Shown piece after piece: positions 37,942-46,609 of a stretch of 51,686 nucleotides of DNA. This DNA comes from Patescibacteria group bacterium. Lineage in GTDB: Bacteria > Patescibacteriota > Patescibacteriia > SG8-24. The stretch is from NCBI GenBank assembly GCA_034716415.1, contig JAYEJB010000005.1:1-51686 (forward strand). The letters are read 5' to 3'. The position numbers were made by a program, and so were the translations under genes. Within the stretch, counting starts at the first letter, position 1. Each line of letters starts with the position of its first letter. Below the pieces are notes generated by a model, which saw nothing but the letters and a program-made list of their open reading frames with translations, ran no database searches and was not told where the DNA came from.

Positions 37942-38238
37942 CTAGTCCAGGGAAATGCGGACCGGCCCCACGTAGGGGATGTGGAAGCGATAGCTCCCGT
38001 CATCGTACTCGGTCACGTCCATGTTTCTCGTTTCACCGTCGACTTCGTACGTCCTCGGCGGATCGATGCCTCTGACCTTGAACATGACCTGTCCGTCACC
38101 GATATCGACATCGATGATGACACCTTCTGTCTCGGCAACTTGAGACAGGATCTTCTCCCTGGTCCTGATCGTCGCGCCGACGAGCCATCCGAAACGCACG
38201 AACTTACTCCATGGCACTTTCCTCATCACGTTCGCCAT
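37942..38238 (-). CDS. Hypothetical protein
   Basis: AAAGGA SD, 98 aa, terminator at 37906-37934. Confidence 0.65.
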   Translation of the reverse strand: MANVMRKVPWSKFVRFGWLVGATIRTREKILSQVAETEGVIIDVDIGDGQVMFKVRGIDPPRTYEVDGETRNMDVTEYDDGSYRFHIPYVGPVRISLD

Positions 38239-38354
38239 CCTACCAACGTCCTTTCATGCTGATTTGCTTGGACACTAGGCTTACCTTCTATCTATATCAC
38301 GGAACGGTCAAATTGATATAGCGAAAAGGCTTAAGAGCTGAAGAGTTTCATTTT

Positions 38355-38501
38355 TTGTCATTGCGCCCCGCCGACAGCGGGGTCCCGCCTCCTCTGAATT
38401 AGAGATATGTGGCAGGAAGGGAGGCCGCGGCCGACGAAGCAATCCCGTCGGTCCAGGCTCAAACCACGGGATTGCTTCGGCCTTCGGCCTCGCAATGACA
38501 A
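38355..38501. repeat. GTCATTGCG...GAAGCAATC / GATTGCTTC...CGCAATGAC REP doublet, interrupted by ~56-bp insert
   Basis: Terminal IR TTGTCATTGCG/CGCAATGACAA; inner IR CGAAGCAATCCCGT/ACGGGATTGCTTCG. Confidence 0.75.
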
Positions 38502-38510
38502 GGGGGGTAA

Positions 38511-38912
38511 CGAGACGTACCCGAAAATATATCGAGAAAAAGCCGAGTGTTTTCGTTTTGTCAGACGTTGTGTGGAATGAAGTGTATCCGTCTGGAGGGA
38601 TTTATTTTGCGAGGCGTACCCGAAAGTACGTTGAGCAAGCAACCCGATTTCGAAGCCGAGTGTTTTCGTTTTGTGACGCTTTGAGTGGGATGAAGTGTGC
38701 CTATCCGAAGTGAATCGCGAAGCGAATCGTACCCGAAAGTACGGTGAGTGAGCGATTTACTTCGGATAGGTGCAATTCACCCACTCAAAGCGTCACAAAA
38801 CGAAAACCCCAGGAGATCGCGCTCAAGAAGTACATCCATAGGAGAAGTCGAGCCGTAGCCCGAGTAACCCTACAGAGGGACTCCATGCTTGTCGTGAGCG
38901 CGAAATTCTGGG
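38511..38912. repeat. Array of long imperfect palindromes with CGTACCCGAAAGTACG apex
   Basis: 146-bp hairpin 38662-38807; partial direct copy 38541-38653; apex motif three times; further hairpin 38807-38912. Confidence 0.8.
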
Positions 38913-39024
38913 GTATTCGCGTTTGTTTGTTGTCAACTGTCTACCAACCATTTCTGGCTGATATGTGACTTTATCAGATATTTCCCAGGTCGTCAAGGGT
39001 TTATATCTGAACATCGCCGAAGGG

Positions 39025-39053
39025 TTGACAATTAGCCTCAAATATGCTATAAA
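39025..39053 (+). promoter_or_regulatory. Near-consensus sigma70 promoter with extended -10
   Basis: TTGACA-N17-TATAAA with TG dinucleotide before -10. Confidence 0.8.
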
Positions 39054-39062
39054 TATATGTTC

Positions 39063-39215
39063 GGCGCAGCTCCGCCCCGGCAACGGGCAGCAACTGGAGC
39101 TCATGCGGATAACGTACCTTCTGCAGCGAGGTTTGACCTCGTGAGCTGGCCGGAGTGCCTCCGACAACTGAGGATTCAGTGGGGAGGTATAGGGGTTCAA
39201 ATCCCCGCTGCGTCG
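39063..39215 (+). ncRNA. tRNA-like structured RNA of unknown class
   Basis: GGCGCAGC/GCTGCGTC acceptor-like stem stacked on GGGG-TTCAAAT-CCCC T arm; several internal helices; own promoter and terminator. Confidence 0.65.
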
Positions 39216-39231
39216 CCGGCTTTCCTCCTCT

Positions 39232-39268
39232 ATAGTCCCACACTGTAACGGTGTGGGGCTATTATTTT
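39232..39268 (+). terminator. Intrinsic terminator-like hairpin after tRNA-like RNA
   Basis: ATAGTCCCACACTG-TAA-CGGTGTGGGGCTAT-TATTTT. Confidence 0.65.
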
Positions 39269-39326
39269 CCCGGCCGTTGAGGCAACATGGATTCACGCGG
39301 CTCTTTATATAGGAAAGGAGGCAGCG

Positions 39327-40289
39327 ATGTCTGCCGGATGCCACCATCACCATCATGGAAGAGGAACGGAAAAAGCCCTGAACATAACGCTCGCGGTCAA
39401 CGTCGTCCTGACCGTGGCCAAATGGACGGCTTTCATCTTTACCAGGTCGTCGTCCCTCTTCGCGGAAGCGATTCACTCGACGTTCGATACGATGAACCCG
39501 CTAGTGCTGAAGATCGGCCATCACCGCAGTCAGCACCCCAAATGCGACAGGCATCCGATGGGCCACACGCGCGAAGGATTCTTCTGGCCGCTCATCGCGG
39601 CCATCATGATGTTCGCGTTCGGTGCGGTGTTCACCGCTTACCGCGGAATCCATTCGCTCATCACCGGCCATGTGCCGGAAATGTACTGGTGGGCCGCGGC
39701 GATCTTGATCGGCGCGCTTGTCTTTGAAGGCATCAGCCTGCTGGTATCGCACCGCGCGCTCAAAGGCGAGGATATCCGCAAGACGAAGAACACGACCGTG
39801 CTGGCACTAGTATTCGAGAACTTCGTAGACATGCTCGGCGTCACGCTGGCGCTCACCGGCTACGGACTGTTCCTGCTGACCGGTCAGGCGATATGGGACG
39901 CGGTATTCTCGATCGCCATCGCCTGCTTGCTGGCCTATGCGTCCATCTTCCTCATTCACCGCAACATGTCGCTCATCACGGGCGAGAGCGCGGACGAAGA
40001 GACGGTCGAGCGAATCAGGAGCATCGCGAAAGGCGTGCCGTCCGTCATGAAGGTCACCGGACTCACCGTCTTCATGACCGGGCCGGAAGACATGTGCTGT
40101 CGGATGTCGGTCGTGCTGGACGCACCCAAGCTGGCAGACATGTTCGAATCAGACGGTCGAGCGGACGGCACGGGCAGAGAGGCGATCTACTGGACGCTGT
40201 TGCGGGTCGCGATAGAACGCCAGCGCATCAAACGGAGACTGTTCGAAGAATTTCCGGGCATGCAGTCCGTACACGTCGAAATCTGCTGA
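39327..40289 (+). CDS. Cation diffusion facilitator family transporter
   Basis: His-rich N-terminus CHHHHH; AEAIHSTFD, HPMGH.RE.FFW, FENFVD, WDA. Confidence 0.92.
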   Translation: MSAGCHHHHHGRGTEKALNITLAVNVVLTVAKWTAFIFTRSSSLFAEAIHSTFDTMNPLVLKIGHHRSQHPKCDRHPMGHTREGFFWPLIAAIMMFAFGAVFTAYRGIHSLITGHVPEMYWWAAAILIGALVFEGISLLVSHRALKGEDIRKTKNTTVLALVFENFVDMLGVTLALTGYGLFLLTGQAIWDAVFSIAIACLLAYASIFLIHRNMSLITGESADEETVERIRSIAKGVPSVMKVTGLTVFMTGPEDMCCRMSVVLDAPKLADMFESDGRADGTGREAIYWTLLRVAIERQRIKRRLFEEFPGMQSVHVEIC

Positions 40290-40357
40290 ATCAAAAGACC
40301 GTACTCACTGATGAGCACGGTCCTTTTTTTCAACAAAATATCTAGCAAACAATGGTA

Positions 40358-40954
40358 TTAATCTAACGACGGAGTTTGCCTGTCTATGTCCTCTGCATTC
40401 CAGTTTTTTACAGACAGAATCTTATCGCGAAGATATATACCCATCACCGTTATCAAATCATCCATCAGCAAACCCTGCTTGAAAAGATAATCCTTGAAAT
40501 TATCTAATTCTCCTTCTTCTTTCAATTCATTCATCACTTCTTTTGAAGATTCTTGAACATCATATGCATTCGAGGAATTCTTACTAACAACTCGTTTGAG
40601 CAAACTACTAAATCGCTCATTATCATCAATAAATTCAATTGCGTGGCTCTCTGTCAAAATGCGACTACCCCTTTCAGAAAGTGAAATTGGACTTTTTGCT
40701 TCGGTGAGTGACCCTTTCACATCTACAAGTGCTTTTGCAGCTACAGCCATATCACGTGTTTCTTGAAGGCTCTTTTCCATTCCATCTACTCTCTCCTTCA
40801 AATTACTAACGCGCTCTTTGTATTGAGTAAATGTAACAACGTAAGTCAATACACCGCCAATCAAAGAAATTGCTAACGGTATAATAATATGAGCATATTC
40901 AGCCCAAAAAGTTACTGTTTGGGCAGTTGTAGTGACGGTTCCCATCTCTGGCAT
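40358..40954 (-). CDS. Hypothetical AT-rich membrane-anchored coiled-coil protein
   Basis: TM + coiled coil + SPISLSERG motif; AT-rich codon usage. Confidence 0.75.
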   Translation of the reverse strand: MPEMGTVTTTAQTVTFWAEYAHIIIPLAISLIGGVLTYVVTFTQYKERVSNLKERVDGMEKSLQETRDMAVAAKALVDVKGSLTEAKSPISLSERGSRILTESHAIEFIDDNERFSSLLKRVVSKNSSNAYDVQESSKEVMNELKEEGELDNFKDYLFKQGLLMDDLITVMGIYLRDKILSVKNWNAEDIDRQTPSLD

Positions 40955-41061
40955 AATTAATAATTCAATGTATCTCTATCGAAAAAGTATTGTAGCCTAA
41001 TACCAAAGTTGAATCAAGACACCCTAGGCGAAGCATCAACAAAAATCAACGAACCGGATAA

Positions 41062-41664
41062 CTACTTGATAATTTTGTCTACAAGACCGTATTTCACCGC
41101 CTCTTCCGCGGTCATGAAGTAGTCGCGGTCCGCGTCTTTCTCGACTTTCTCGAATTTCTGTCCGGTGTGCTTGGCCAGGATCTTATTCAGTAGATCCTTC
41201 ATCTTCAGGATGCGCTCGGCGCGAATCTTGATATCCGTCGCCTGTCCCTCGGCACCGCCCATCACCTGATGAATCATCACCTCGGCGTTCGGCAAGGAGA
41301 AACGCTTCCCCTTCTCACCCGCGGCCAGCAGCACCGCCCCCATCGACGCGGCCATGCCGACACAGATCGTAGCGACGTCTGGTTTGATGTACTGCATGGT
41401 GTCGTAGATGGCGAGCCCCGCCGTCACCGAACCACCCGGCGAGTTGACGTACAGCTTGATGTCCTTGGTCTTGTCCTGACTCTCCAGGAACAACAGCTGC
41501 GCAATGACGATATTGGCAGTGACATCCGTGACCGCGTCGCCCAGAAAGATGATGCGATCCTTCAGCAGCCGTGAATAGATGTCATAAGCCCTTTCGCCGT
41601 GCGTCGATTTCTCGATGACGGTCGGAATAAGCACCTGCGATGAGATTGAGTACGGGTTATCCAT
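41062..41664 (-). CDS. clpP: ATP-dependent Clp protease proteolytic subunit
   Basis: [42 protein letters not shown]. Confidence 0.98.
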   Translation of the reverse strand: MDNPYSISSQVLIPTVIEKSTHGERAYDIYSRLLKDRIIFLGDAVTDVTANIVIAQLLFLESQDKTKDIKLYVNSPGGSVTAGLAIYDTMQYIKPDVATICVGMAASMGAVLLAAGEKGKRFSLPNAEVMIHQVMGGAEGQATDIKIRAERILKMKDLLNKILAKHTGQKFEKVEKDADRDYFMTAEEAVKYGLVDKIIK

Positions 41665-41868
41665 AATGTGGAGGTTATCTTTCTCCGGTAAATATAACTG
41701 GTTCAGACAGCAATGAAAAGCCTAGGAGCCAAGGAGCTTAGAAGCGCAGGAGCTTCAGTACTCATAACTCCTGCGCTCCTTGGCTCCTAAGCTTCCTGAA
41801 ACAGCACCCTCCCTGCTACAGTCAAAACAGGCCATTGACAAGCGAAATCGCGAAAAAGGAGATAAACG

Positions 41869-42678
41869 ATGCGTTTTTTGGATAAAAGCAGGATTCTGGT
41901 CAGGAAGACCGGGCCGCACCTCAAAAAGACGGCCAGGATACTGTTGGTCATGACCCTGCTCGTGGGGGTAGCTTTCCTGGCCGGTGTGATCGGCGGGCTG
42001 GCGGTCTCCGGTCACTGGGATTCACCCGAACTGCCGAGGATCAGGCAGAATTGGGAGGCGACTGTCTTCATCCCCCTGCCGGGCAACCATAGCGGAACAG
42101 GTATAGCGGTGTCGGAAGACGGGCACATCCTCACCAATGAACATGTCTTAAGTACCGCGCTCGGCGCGCCCCTGTCCGTAATCGTCGACGATGGTAGCGG
42201 CCGGCAAACCTTCGAAGCTGAAATCGTAGATGTCGACGAAGAACACGATCTGGCCCTACTAAGGATCAATCATGTCTTCAACGATCCTGTCGTGCTGGTG
42301 AGCAATGATCTGCCGCCCGCCCCCGGCAGCTGGACCTACGGTATCGGCTTTCCGTTCGGACTGCGTAAACAGCTCTCGCAGGGATACATCAGTTCAAAGC
42401 GTTTCGCGGACAGGAGCTCCAAGGCACCGGCGGCGGCCAGAGACGCGATAATGCTGCACGGCCAGTTCGAACCGGGCATGTCCGGGGCCGGCGTATTCGA
42501 CGATGAGTACGGTCACCTGGTCGGCATGAACAGCATGAGCATCTGGATGGGTGATTCGACGGAGCACCAGATCGCATCCCCGCTCGTCCTTCCGGTGAGA
42601 AACATCCGTGCGTTCCTCGACCGGAACAACGTGCCGCACGCAACACCCGACGCGCCCTGGTGGGAATACTGGCGCTGA
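41869..42678 (+). CDS. Membrane-anchored trypsin-like (S1C, PDZ-less) serine protease
   Basis: GTG, ILTNEHV, DLALL, PGMSGAG catalytic triad motifs. Confidence 0.88.
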   Translation: MRFLDKSRILVRKTGPHLKKTARILLVMTLLVGVAFLAGVIGGLAVSGHWDSPELPRIRQNWEATVFIPLPGNHSGTGIAVSEDGHILTNEHVLSTALGAPLSVIVDDGSGRQTFEAEIVDVDEEHDLALLRINHVFNDPVVLVSNDLPPAPGSWTYGIGFPFGLRKQLSQGYISSKRFADRSSKAPAAARDAIMLHGQFEPGMSGAGVFDDEYGHLVGMNSMSIWMGDSTEHQIASPLVLPVRNIRAFLDRNNVPHATPDAPWWEYWR

Positions 42679-42743
42679 CGGTCTGAACCTCGGCAATGCA
42701 CCCACCAAAATAGCGGCCCCTCTGGCCGCCTTTTTTATCGTAG

Positions 42744-42836
42744 CCCTTCGACTCCGCTCCGCTCGCTCAGGGAATGAGAGGGAGACTTCTCCATTCAGAG
42801 GATATATAAATAATATTACCTGAGCGAAGTCGCGGG
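42744..42836. repeat. REP-like inverted pair (CCCTTCGACT..GCTCAGG / CCTGAGCGAAGTCG)
   Basis: Inverted arms 42744-42773 and 42819-42836 between convergent genes. Confidence 0.6.
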
Positions 42837-42842
42837 CCTCCA

Positions 42843-43805
42843 TTAACCCTCGACCCGCCAGCCGTCCGCTGTCTCCACGATCTTCCCCGGCACCGCGAAT
42901 CCGGCCGCCTTCTTGTGTCCGCCGCCGCCCATCAGCTGGGCCAGCTCGGATACATCGACATCGTCAGCCGAACGCAGACTGCCGCGAACTATGTTGTTCG
43001 GCATCTCCTTGAGGACCATGATGACCTTGGCGTCGAGATAGGCGTTCAGGAAATTCGACACACCCTCGACCTGTTCGTTATCGACGCCGCCTTCAAGATC
43101 CCTGGCAAAGATGACGGTCGAGGCCACGCCGAGCTTCTCGTTGTACTTGAGACGCGAAAGCACCGCACCCCAAAGACGCAGCGCGGCAACGGACTTATTG
43201 CGCAGGATGTTGCGGGCGATGTCGTGCATACGCGCTCCGCGACGCAGCAGATGTGATGCGGCCTCTATCGAACCGCGCGTCGTGGCCGGATTGCTGAAAT
43301 TACCGGTGTCAGTAAGTATTCCGGTCAGCAAGCACGTCGCTATCTCCTGGTCGATCTCCGCGCCGATATGACTCAAGAAGCGATGGGCGATCTCTGACGC
43401 CGACGATGCTTTCGGGTCTACTATATTTATGTCGCCGTACAGCTCGTTAGTGACGTGATGGTCGAAATTCAGCACGACCGGACTGTGCCGCATGCCGGAC
43501 ATATGCTCGGCGACGCCGGCGTAGCGCAGGTCGCCGGAATCGAAGACCGCCACGACATCATGACCGCGGTCGAACTCCGCCGGGTCGGTGGTATACCGCT
43601 CGGCACCGCGCATGTACATATACTGGCTCGGAACCGGATCCGCGCAGAACGCCGTCACCCTGATCCCTTCTTTCTCGCACCAATTCACGATCGCCGCGGT
43701 CGAACCGATGGCGTCACCGTCCGGCTTCCGATGCGCCACAAGCAGCACGCTGTTCGCGCGCTTCATGATGTCATGCGCTGATTTGTACAGAAAGTCGAAA
43801 TCCAT
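42843..43805 (-). CDS. nrnA: Bifunctional oligoribonuclease/PAP phosphatase NrnA (DHH/DHHA1)
   Basis: H.KPDGDAIGS, FD, DHH, GILTDTGNF, SLRS, GGGGHKKAAG. Confidence 0.92.
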   Translation of the reverse strand: MDFDFLYKSAHDIMKRANSVLLVAHRKPDGDAIGSTAAIVNWCEKEGIRVTAFCADPVPSQYMYMRGAERYTTDPAEFDRGHDVVAVFDSGDLRYAGVAEHMSGMRHSPVVLNFDHHVTNELYGDINIVDPKASSASEIAHRFLSHIGAEIDQEIATCLLTGILTDTGNFSNPATTRGSIEAASHLLRRGARMHDIARNILRNKSVAALRLWGAVLSRLKYNEKLGVASTVIFARDLEGGVDNEQVEGVSNFLNAYLDAKVIMVLKEMPNNIVRGSLRSADDVDVSELAQLMGGGGHKKAAGFAVPGKIVETADGWRVEG

Positions 43806-44097
43806 AAGCGAGTTAACTTAGCGCAGGGTCGGAAGAGTGTCAAGGGGTGGAAGAAGCGGGGAGAGAATGGGGAAATGTGAAGGGTGGGAGGCACGAAGCA
43901 GGAGGCGGGAAATTATAATTTATAAACCTCCTGCCTCCTGCTTCCAGCATCCCGCTATCACACTCTCTCACTTTCTAACCCCAAGATTGCCTTTTTCGCC
44001 TAAAAATGACACAATTCTGTCGTGAACAGGAACCTAGGAGCATAATTTGCTCCTTGGCTTCTTAGCCCCTACGCTCCTTCGCTTCGCAACTTCTCCT

Positions 44098-46431
44098 ATG
44101 TATCTCCAAAAACTCGAAATGCAAGGCTTCAAGTCGTTCGCGGACAAGATGCCGCTCGACTTCCTGCCGCCATCGAAGAAAACCAGAGGAATCACCGCCG
44201 TAGTCGGACCGAACGGCTCTGGTAAATCGAATGTCGCGGACGCCATCCGCTGGGTTTTGGGTGAGCAGAGCACGAAACTCCTGCGCGGCAAGAAAGCCGA
44301 GGACGTCATCTTCTCCGGTTCGGAGAAGCGCGCCCGTTCGGGTTTCGCGGAAGTGACCCTGCACCTGAACAACGACACCGGCAAACTGCCGATCGACCTG
44401 TCGGAAGTGACGATCTCCCGCCGCATCTACCGCGACGGCGATTCGGAATACCTGATCAACAAACGCAAGGTACGCCTCACGGACATCCAGATGCTGTTGG
44501 CACAGGCGCAGTTCGGCGCGCGGTCGTATTCGGTGATCGGTCAGGGCATGATCGACAACATCCTGGTCGCTTCACCGCAGGAGCGGAAAGAATTCTTCGA
44601 CGAGGCCGCCGGTGTGCGTCAGTTCCAGCTCAAGCGTCACACTTCGGTCATCAAGATGAACAACGCCAAGGACAACCTGACCCAGGCCGAGATGCTGGTC
44701 GCAGAGATCACGCCGCGCATGCGGTCACTGTCGCGCTCGGTCAAGAAACTCGAACAACGCGAAGCCATCGAAGAGGACCTGCACGCCTTGCATCACCAAT
44801 ACTACGGCAGGCTCTGGACCGATCTGCAGAAGGATATCGATACTAGGGGCGCGGCACTGAAGAAACTCGAGAACGAGTGGAAAGAAAAAGAATCGACGCT
44901 TGACGGAGCTAAGAGTGAACTCGCCAAACTGGAGATCGAAGAGACCGGTAGTGATGATTTCACCGCACTACAGGCGAAATTCCAAAAATTGATGTCCGAA
45001 AAAAGTGCCCTACGTGAACGCGAACTGCGTACCAAGAGCAAGCTGGAGATCGCGGTGCAGGTGAAAAGGCAGACCGCGACCGCTATGCCGCTCTCTAAGA
45101 TAATAGAAGGTGTGCGCGGACTAGGTGACCGGCACGGCAAGGCGATCAAGTCGCTGAGGGGTGCCAAGACGGTCGATGCCGCCAGGAAACTCGTGCCGGA
45201 CTTTGAGTCCATCCACGGCGACACGGTGACGCTCGCCGACCGACTGGAACGCCCGGCACCGGAAGAGGAGACGAAGAAACCGGAAGCCGACCCGAAAGTG
45301 ATGAAAGAACTCGAGGTAATCAGCAAAGAGTTCGGAGCGGTCGAGGCGAAGATCGAAGAGACACAGAAGACCCTGAAGTCATACAACGACAGCGAGCGCA
45401 AGAAAAAAGAGAAGTTCTTCTCGCTACAGCGCGGCTTGCAGGATAAGATTTCCGCGGCGCACGGACTGGAACGCAGACTCGGCGACATGCGCGTCGAAAT
45501 GGCTCGTCTGGAGACACGGCGTGACTCACTGGAGCAAGAGATGTCGACCGAGCTCGGCGAACGGAGTGAGCGTATCAAACAAGGCATCAAGGAAACGGAA
45601 CTGCCGGACGAGTCGGTCAACGAACTCCAACATAAGATCCAGAAACTCAAGTACAATCTCCAGCTCATCGGCGGTATCGATCCGGAGGTGGTGCGCGAAT
45701 ACGAGGAGACCAAGGAGCGCTATGATTTCCTGGAGAGCCAGATCAGTGACCTATCGAAAGCGATCAGCGACCTTGACCGGATCGTTTCCGAGCTCGATGT
45801 GACTATCCGCACACGTTCGGAAACCGCGTTCAATCGACTGAACCGCGAGTTCGACAAGTATTTCAAGCTACTGTTTGAGGGCGGCAAGGCGGAATTGATC
45901 CAGCTGACCGCAGTGAAAGATGAAGGTGACGAAGGGGCAGAAGGTGCAGAAGCGGGAGAAGGGGCAGAAGACGTGCCGGTCAAAGCGAGTAAGAAAGAGA
46001 CGTATATCGCCGGTATCGACATCAACGCCACGCCGCCGGGCAAGAAGATCAAGCACATCAACATGCTGTCAGGCGGCGAGCGGGCGCTGACGTCGATCGC
46101 GCTCATCTGCGCCATCATGACCACCAATCCGTCGCCGTTCGTGGTACTGGACGAGGTGGACGCAGCGCTCGACGAATCGAACGCGGACAAATTCGCCACG
46201 ATCCTCGCCGAACTGGCGCTCCGGACGCAGTTCATCATCATCACGCACAACCGCTACACCATGCAGAGGGCGAACGTCATGTACGGCGTGACGATGCGTG
46301 ATGATGGCACGTCACAGCTGTTATCGGTGAACATGGACGAAGCCGGCAAGCTGGAGAATGAAGACGGCGCGCCAGTTAAAGCCAAACGGACTACCAGGGC
46401 GGTCAAAAAGAGAGCGAAAGCGACAGCTTAG
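44098..46431 (+). CDS. smc: Chromosome segregation protein SMC, short form
   Basis: GFKSFA, GPNGSGKSN, LSGGE, VLDEVDAALD, ITHN; 777 aa. Confidence 0.92.
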   Translation: MYLQKLEMQGFKSFADKMPLDFLPPSKKTRGITAVVGPNGSGKSNVADAIRWVLGEQSTKLLRGKKAEDVIFSGSEKRARSGFAEVTLHLNNDTGKLPIDLSEVTISRRIYRDGDSEYLINKRKVRLTDIQMLLAQAQFGARSYSVIGQGMIDNILVASPQERKEFFDEAAGVRQFQLKRHTSVIKMNNAKDNLTQAEMLVAEITPRMRSLSRSVKKLEQREAIEEDLHALHHQYYGRLWTDLQKDIDTRGAALKKLENEWKEKESTLDGAKSELAKLEIEETGSDDFTALQAKFQKLMSEKSALRERELRTKSKLEIAVQVKRQTATAMPLSKIIEGVRGLGDRHGKAIKSLRGAKTVDAARKLVPDFESIHGDTVTLADRLERPAPEEETKKPEADPKVMKELEVISKEFGAVEAKIEETQKTLKSYNDSERKKKEKFFSLQRGLQDKISAAHGLERRLGDMRVEMARLETRRDSLEQEMSTELGERSERIKQGIKETELPDESVNELQHKIQKLKYNLQLIGGIDPEVVREYEETKERYDFLESQISDLSKAISDLDRIVSELDVTIRTRSETAFNRLNREFDKYFKLLFEGGKAELIQLTAVKDEGDEGAEGAEAGEGAEDVPVKASKKETYIAGIDINATPPGKKIKHINMLSGGERALTSIALICAIMTTNPSPFVVLDEVDAALDESNADKFATILAELALRTQFIIITHNRYTMQRANVMYGVTMRDDGTSQLLSVNMDEAGKLENEDGAPVKAKRTTRAVKKRAKATA

Positions 46432-46609
46432 CCACCAAACGATAGGCGGCCCGCAAGGGCCGTCTTTGATGTGCCTCATTCCACCCTCTTGACTCCCCCA
46501 CCCATCCCTGCCATACTGCCCATCGACCGAATCTAAACTGCTAGGACAGCGGGAATATGCTCAATTCCCTACCCGTCCGACCGATTCGTCGCTTATATAA
46601 CCCAAAAAC

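Noticed and set aside
38511-38807. CRISPR array
   Set aside because: Only 2-3 degenerate recurrences, intervening DNA is self-similar and palindromic rather than unique spacers, and no cas genes
39063-39215. tmRNA, tRNA-Sec, ordinary tRNA-Met or NiCo (czcD) riboswitch
   Set aside because: No G3-U70 pair or tag ORF; no TCA anticodon arm; CTCAT is not in a 7-nt loop; a T arm and acceptor stem are not features of NiCo. Formal exclusion needs Infernal
38358-39476. Several short ORFs across the repeat nest and tRNA-like RNA
   Set aside because: Lie in palindromic or structured non-coding DNA with no protein motifs
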